This document shows positions 59,497-64,000 of a stretch of 64,000 bases of DNA, piece by piece. Both the position numbers and the translations under genes were made by a program. Positions within the stretch are counted from its first letter, which is position 1, and each line of letters begins with the position of its first letter. The notes under the pieces are model-generated. The model searched no databases and was not told the DNA's origin. It was given only the letters and a program-made list of their open reading frames with translations. The stretch is from Acidobacteriota bacterium. Its GTDB lineage: Bacteria > Acidobacteriota > UBA890 > WLXD01. Where the stretch lies: assembly GCA_963666055.2 (NCBI GenBank), contig CAXWPH010000006.1:64001-128000 (forward strand). Direction: 5' to 3'.

Positions 59497-60494
59497 CGCA
59501 CCTCCACGACGATGCCCGAGGCCGACTGACCGGCGCCAACGCGGATCGTCTGGCCAACCGAGGTAGCGCGGAAGGTCGTATCTACACTGTCGCGCAGGAA
59601 GATGCCGCCGAGCGCCGCCGGCGACACCACGCCGCTCAGCGGAAACGCCCCCAGCAGGTAGGTACCGGGAGGTAGCCCGCCGATTCGGAACGTGCCGTCG
59701 GGTAGGCTGACCGCGCCGACGAGGATGTCCTGGAACGGTTCATGCGCGACGACGTGGGCACCAAACACCACTGCCCCGGCCCTGATCACCTGCCCGCTGA
59801 TCGTCGCACGTACCGAGCCAGGGGCCGGATACAGTGCCGCCAGCGCCGCAATATCGTCATCGCGCAACGTGCGCGCCGATTCGCCGACGCCCCGGCCGAG
59901 CGGAAACATGACCGAAGTGTCATCGGCAAGCTCGCCGTCGGCGGCGAACCCTCCCAACGGCGAGCTCGCGAGGCCGAGAAATCGGCCGATCTCCTGCAGC
60001 ATCGTGGTCTCGAGATCGAGGCCGACGCTGTTACCTGCCGTCGTCGTGAAGCCGATGACCCGATCGTTTACCAGCAGATCGGATTCGACGATGCTGCCAT
60101 CGGCGTTCATCAGCGTAAACGACAGCGTCAGAAACTGGGCGTTGTCGAGCGACGCGTCGTTGGAGAACTCGATGGCGTTGATTCCGTCGAGAACATCCGC
60201 CTCCAGTCCCCTCTGCTCGGCCTCGACGAAGATCTCGACGATGGAATCGGGCGACGCGCTCCATGTGGCCATCGCCGCGTCGAGAGCAGCCCGCCCCGCC
60301 GCAGCCGGCACGTCGCTGGTTAGCCCGCGCGTCACCCGAGTCGCAATCGGAAAGGCGCTCGCAGGCCAGTGCGCGACAACCGCGGAGCCGCCTACGAAGT
60401 CGATCGTATTCGGAACGTAGGCGGGCACCGGGGACGCCGGCACCGCCACCAAGGCGACGAGCGCCCCCAGGGTGGCCGCCCTAGCGACCTTCAT
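59493..60494 (-). CDS. matrixin (M10)-like protein lacking Zn ligands, plus carboxypeptidase-regulatory-like beta domain
   Basis: AAMATW, ESDLLVN, DLETTMLQEIGRFLGLAS, SVMFP Met-turn, LRDDDIAALAALYP, ISGQV...DGTFRIGGLPPGTY. Confidence 0.8.
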   Translation of the reverse strand: MKVARAATLGALVALVAVPASPVPAYVPNTIDFVGGSAVVAHWPASAFPIATRVTRGLTSDVPAAAGRAALDAAMATWSASPDSIVEIFVEAEQRGLEADVLDGINAIEFSNDASLDNAQFLTLSFTLMNADGSIVESDLLVNDRVIGFTTTAGNSVGLDLETTMLQEIGRFLGLASSPLGGFAADGELADDTSVMFPLGRGVGESARTLRDDDIAALAALYPAPGSVRATISGQVIRAGAVVFGAHVVAHEPFQDILVGAVSLPDGTFRIGGLPPGTYLLGAFPLSGVVSPAALGGIFLRDSVDTTFRATSVGQTIRVGAGQSASGIVVEVR

Positions 60495-61021
60495 CGTGTC
60501 ACCCCGGCGTCGCCGACCAGCTGCGAAACCGTCCGCTGGCGCAAGTCGACCGCGGCACGACCGGCCTTCGGTGCAAGCACCACAGCACCGCCGGAGCCGC
60601 TAGCGCGAGCCATCTTCAGGTCATCGCGATCAAGTCGCCAGACGCCCTGGAACATCCCCACCGGCCGCCAGCTGTCGACGTCGCGGTACAGGAACAGCAG
60701 CACGCTCTCGCCTTGGATGAGCTCGGGCGACCCTGGCACCACCAGGCGACGCCCCTTGTAGAGGCCGCCGGGAGCTCGCACTGTCAGCAAGCGGGAGTCG
60801 GCGCCCTTGAAGGCGCGATCGACCCGCACGCGCGCCACAGTCTCGATGCTTCTTGGTGTCCGCACCGTTCGGACTGCCACGACCGTGCCCGCCACGATCG
60901 ATTCCGCGCGCCCGCGAAGATCCTTGAGAGTCAGTCCCCGGATGACCGACGCGTCGGCTGCGGTTGCTAGTACCAGCAGCGACGCTAGCGCTGTCGCCGC
61001 GAACCGTCCTCGGTGAGGCAG
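60491..61021 (-). CDS. exported hypothetical protein, probable CTG start
   Basis: Signal peptide ending ADA; LTLKDLRGRAESIVAGTV..PGG..VPGSP....GESVLLFL. ORF-track start overlaps the VWA gene by more than 200 bp. Confidence 0.7.
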   Translation of the reverse strand: MPHRGRFAATALASLLVLATAADASVIRGLTLKDLRGRAESIVAGTVVAVRTVRTPRSIETVARVRVDRAFKGADSRLLTVRAPGGLYKGRRLVVPGSPELIQGESVLLFLYRDVDSWRPVGMFQGVWRLDRDDLKMARASGSGGAVVLAPKAGRAAVDLRQRTVSQLVGDAGVTR

Positions 61022-61034
61022 TGGGTGTCCCGAC

Positions 61035-62225
61035 TCAGGACGGACCGCCGTAGTAGCCCGGCTTTGTACGTACCTCCTTGGCACCGTCGGCACGCACCTC
61101 GATCTCTCTCCACTCGCCAGCCGATGCCAGATCGGACGGCCGATAGGCGAGGGCATACTGGCTCTTGAGCTCGTTGGCGATGTCTTCATAGGCGGAAAGC
61201 AACTCTCCAAGGGAATCGAGAATGATCGAGCGGCCGCCAGTACCGTCGGCAAACGAGCGCAGCGCATCTTCTCCCGGGCTGATCATGTCAAAGGAGCGCC
61301 GGCCTCGTATGTCGCCGCGAAGCGCGCCGAAAATACCGATCGTATAGACGCGGACATCGAGGCGGCGAGCATAGTCGACCGCCTGGTCGACGGAAACTGT
61401 CTGGGTCGTGTCGTAACCGTCTGAGAGCACGATCAACGCCCGGCGCTCCGGTCGATCTAGAAGGACATCGGCCCCCTCCACGACTGCCAAATTCATCGAC
61501 GTCGCGCCGCCCGGTACCAGATCGCTGAGCGCCTCGCGAAGCATCGCTTGGTTGCCCGTCAGGTCCTGCTGGAGCATCGGAAACGAGTCGAACGTCATTA
61601 CAAACGCCTCGTCCCCCCCTCCGATCTGATCCAGGAACGCCAACGCACCCTGGCGCGCGCGCTCGAGCTTTGCTCCCTCCTGCATGCTCCCCGACGTATC
61701 CAGCAGCAGCCCCACGACCATGGGTCGGGGCTCGGAGGAGAAGCTGGCGATCGTCTGTCGCTTGCCGTTCTCGTAGACCTCGAAGTCGTCGACTTCCAGG
61801 CCGGAAACGTAGCGCCCACGACCGTCGAGAGCACTCACATACAGCAGGACGGCGTTGACCTCAGCTCTGAAAACAGCAGTTTCCAGATCGCGGGTGAGGA
61901 CCGTGTCGGTAGCTTCTCGTCCGGTGACGTCCACCACCTCCGCGTCGACTACATGCTGATCAAAATCGTCGCCAGCGTTCCATTCGGCTTCCCACGGCGG
62001 CTCCTCGAGCACCGCGAGCACCGATCCGTCGACCCTGATCGTGACGCGGGAGATGGCCGTGTCCCCGACCTGGTCCACCTCGACACGGATCGTCGTCGTC
62101 CCGGAGACGTAGGTGTCGTTCTGCGGCGAGACGACACGAATCTGAAGATCACCTTGCTGCGAAGCGACCGGCGTAGCGGCAACCAACAGCACGAGGATGA
62201 CTATTGCAATGCGTTGGCTTTTCAC
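61035..62225 (-). CDS. exported Ig-like + VWA domain protein
   Basis: MIDAS DTSGS, T, LSDG; DDFEVYENG..Q, TGG, ELKSQYALAY. Confidence 0.9.
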   Translation of the reverse strand: MKSQRIAIVILVLLVAATPVASQQGDLQIRVVSPQNDTYVSGTTTIRVEVDQVGDTAISRVTIRVDGSVLAVLEEPPWEAEWNAGDDFDQHVVDAEVVDVTGREATDTVLTRDLETAVFRAEVNAVLLYVSALDGRGRYVSGLEVDDFEVYENGKRQTIASFSSEPRPMVVGLLLDTSGSMQEGAKLERARQGALAFLDQIGGGDEAFVMTFDSFPMLQQDLTGNQAMLREALSDLVPGGATSMNLAVVEGADVLLDRPERRALIVLSDGYDTTQTVSVDQAVDYARRLDVRVYTIGIFGALRGDIRGRRSFDMISPGEDALRSFADGTGGRSIILDSLGELLSAYEDIANELKSQYALAYRPSDLASAGEWREIEVRADGAKEVRTKPGYYGGPS

Positions 62226-62432
62226 GACTCACCTTATCGCCGTCGATGCACGCACGGCCGCAACGGCATCGGCTCGAGGAGATCCAGGGGAGATATTTCC
62301 AAGGCTAGCACAGCTTTTGTCGGGCGCTCAAACTGCCGCAGCAGCGGGTTATCCTATCTTTTCGACACCGGCCCCCGAGCGTCCTCTGGTGTGCCGCGCG
62401 CCGTCCGGCTCACCGCACGGGCGGGCAGCCTG

Positions 62433-62476
62433 CTACCAGGCCGTGGTAGAAGTGTGGCGGGCCTGGTTACGGCGAA
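62433..62476 (+). mobile_element. degenerate left arm of family-A element
   Basis: CTACCAGGCCGTGGTAGAAGTGTGGCGGGCCTGGTTACGGCGA, directly upstream of the phosphorylase start. Confidence 0.8.
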
Positions 62477-62490
62477 TAGGCGAGAGCGTA

Positions 62491-63795
62491 GTGCGCTTTG
62501 TCGATCTGATCGAATGCAAGAAGGCCGGCGGTTCTCTGACCTCCGACGAGCTCCGCTGGGCCATCGGAGCCTACCTCGACGACGAGGTAGCCGACTACCA
62601 GATGGCGGCCTTGCTGATGGCAATCCGCTGGCGTGGATTGGTCGACAGCGAGACGGTGGCGTTGACCGAGGCCATGGTGACGTCGGGTGAGACATACGAT
62701 CTCGACAACCTCGGCGGGGCGCTGGTCGACAAGCACAGCACCGGTGGCGTTGGCGACAAGGTGAGCCTGATCCTGGCACCGCTGGCGGCAGCCGCTGGGT
62801 GCACGGTGCCGATGGTGTCCGGGCGTGGGCTGGGGCACACGGGCGGCACGCTCGACAAGCTCGAGAGCATACCGGGGCTCCGAACCGACCTGTCGGCGGC
62901 GGCCTTCCGCGACCAGCTACAGCACATAGGCGTGGCGATGGGCGCACAGACGGCAACGTTCGTGCCGGCCGACAAGCGGCTGTATGCGCTCCGTGATGTG
63001 ACCGGGACTGTGGACGACCCCGGCCTCATTACCGCCAGTATCCTCAGCAAGAAGATCGCCGAGGGTACACGCGCTCTGGTGCTCGATGTGAAGGTCGGGC
63101 GTGGCGCCTTCTTCGCCGACATCGAAGATGCGCGGAGCCTGGCCGATCGCATCATAGCCGTGGCCGGCGCGTCGGGGCTGCGCTGCAGCGCGATGATCAC
63201 TGCCATGGAGCAGCCGTTGGGGAACACCGTGGGCAACGCCCTCGAGATGGCAGAATCGATCGATGTGCTGCGCGGCGGCGGTCCCGCCGATGTGCGTGCT
63301 CTGACGCTGGAGCTGGGGGCGGAGATGTTGCAGCTTGGCGGCATCGCCGCCGACCACGACGCCGCCCGGCGAAGAGTCGCCGACTGCCTCGACAGCGGCG
63401 CCGCTGCGGAGCGGTTCGAAGCTCTGGTCCAGGCGCAAGGCGGTGACCCGCGGGTGCTGTCCGATACCGCATTGCTCCCCACCGCAGCCCACCGCAGCCG
63501 GCTGTACCCGCCACAGTCCGGTTACGTTGCCGAGCTCGACGCTCGCGCCATCGGCCTGGCCAGCATATGGCTACGCGCCGGAAGAAATACCCAGGACGAC
63601 AAGCTCGACCTCGGCGCCGGCATCGAGCTACATGCCAAGTGCGGCGATGAAGTCAACGTCCGCACCCCATGGGCAACACTGCACCATGGCCCCGCGGCCG
63701 ACATAGACCGTGCCACCGAGTTAGTGCAAGCTGCGCTTACCGTATCGGCTGCCTCACTCGACCCACGACCCCTGATCCGCGAGAAGCGCCCATGA
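62491..63795 (+). CDS. pdp: thymidine / pyrimidine-nucleoside phosphorylase
   Basis: DYQMAALLMA, VDKHSTGGVGDK, SGRGLGHTGGTLDKLESI, SILSKK, DVKVGRGAF. Confidence 0.93.
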   Translation: MRFVDLIECKKAGGSLTSDELRWAIGAYLDDEVADYQMAALLMAIRWRGLVDSETVALTEAMVTSGETYDLDNLGGALVDKHSTGGVGDKVSLILAPLAAAAGCTVPMVSGRGLGHTGGTLDKLESIPGLRTDLSAAAFRDQLQHIGVAMGAQTATFVPADKRLYALRDVTGTVDDPGLITASILSKKIAEGTRALVLDVKVGRGAFFADIEDARSLADRIIAVAGASGLRCSAMITAMEQPLGNTVGNALEMAESIDVLRGGGPADVRALTLELGAEMLQLGGIAADHDAARRRVADCLDSGAAAERFEALVQAQGGDPRVLSDTALLPTAAHRSRLYPPQSGYVAELDARAIGLASIWLRAGRNTQDDKLDLGAGIELHAKCGDEVNVRTPWATLHHGPAADIDRATELVQAALTVSAASLDPRPLIREKRP

Positions 63796-64000
63796 TCGGC
63801 ATCGTCGGACTCGTTGTGCTGTATGGCATCGCTTACGGTCTCTCGCGCAACCGCGCCGCGGTGAACCTGCGCACGGTGCTGTGGGGCCTGGGCCTGCAGC
63901 TAACGTTTGCACTGATCATCATAAAGACCACGCCGGGCCAGGCTGTGTTCGCGGCGCTGGCCGCCGGGGTGACACGCCTACTGACCTTCGCTGATGCCGG
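63792..64000 (+). CDS. NupC/CNT-family nucleoside transporter, 5' part
   Basis: ATGA overlap; MIGIVGLVVLYGIAYGLSRNRAAVNLRTVLWGLGLQL; follows pdp. Confidence 0.85.
   Translation, partial: MIGIVGLVVLYGIAYGLSRNRAAVNLRTVLWGLGLQLTFALIIIKTTPGQAVFAALAAGVTRLLTFADA

Overview
High-GC chromosomal window from a diderm bacterium. Gene style (Ig+VWA protein, TPR/FG-GAP/ASPIC protein, split matrixin module) suggests Acidobacteriota or a similar lineage; this is inference. Most of it is housekeeping: hutU, a MacAB-TolC-type exporter, a peptidoglycan-salvage cluster, a Grx-TrxB fusion, recD2, a lipA/E1/E2/E3 operon, thyA-folA, class II RNR, ggt, rpoD-like sigma, thiolase, selB, tatA and pdp-nupC. I saw no transposase, integrase, reverse transcriptase, CRISPR array, tRNA or rRNA. 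The strongest candidates for something undescribed are: (1) a complete lipA-E1alpha-E1beta-E2-E3 operon in which both E1 subunits have lost the ThDP-binding/catalytic residues and loops, while E2, E3 and LipA are intact; (2) two families of highly structured, CTAG-bounded miniature inverted-repeat elements that sit on TAG stop codons, seen as one complete 279-bp copy, solo arms, a chimera and collapsed 23-24-bp palindromes; (3) several more full-length apparent pseudoenzymes; (4) a non-PTS peptidoglycan-salvage route with a PfkB kinase. Gene-deletion scars, probable CTG starts and NrdR/DnaA/ECF regulatory motifs are also visible. All family assignments are from motif reading by eye, not database searches.
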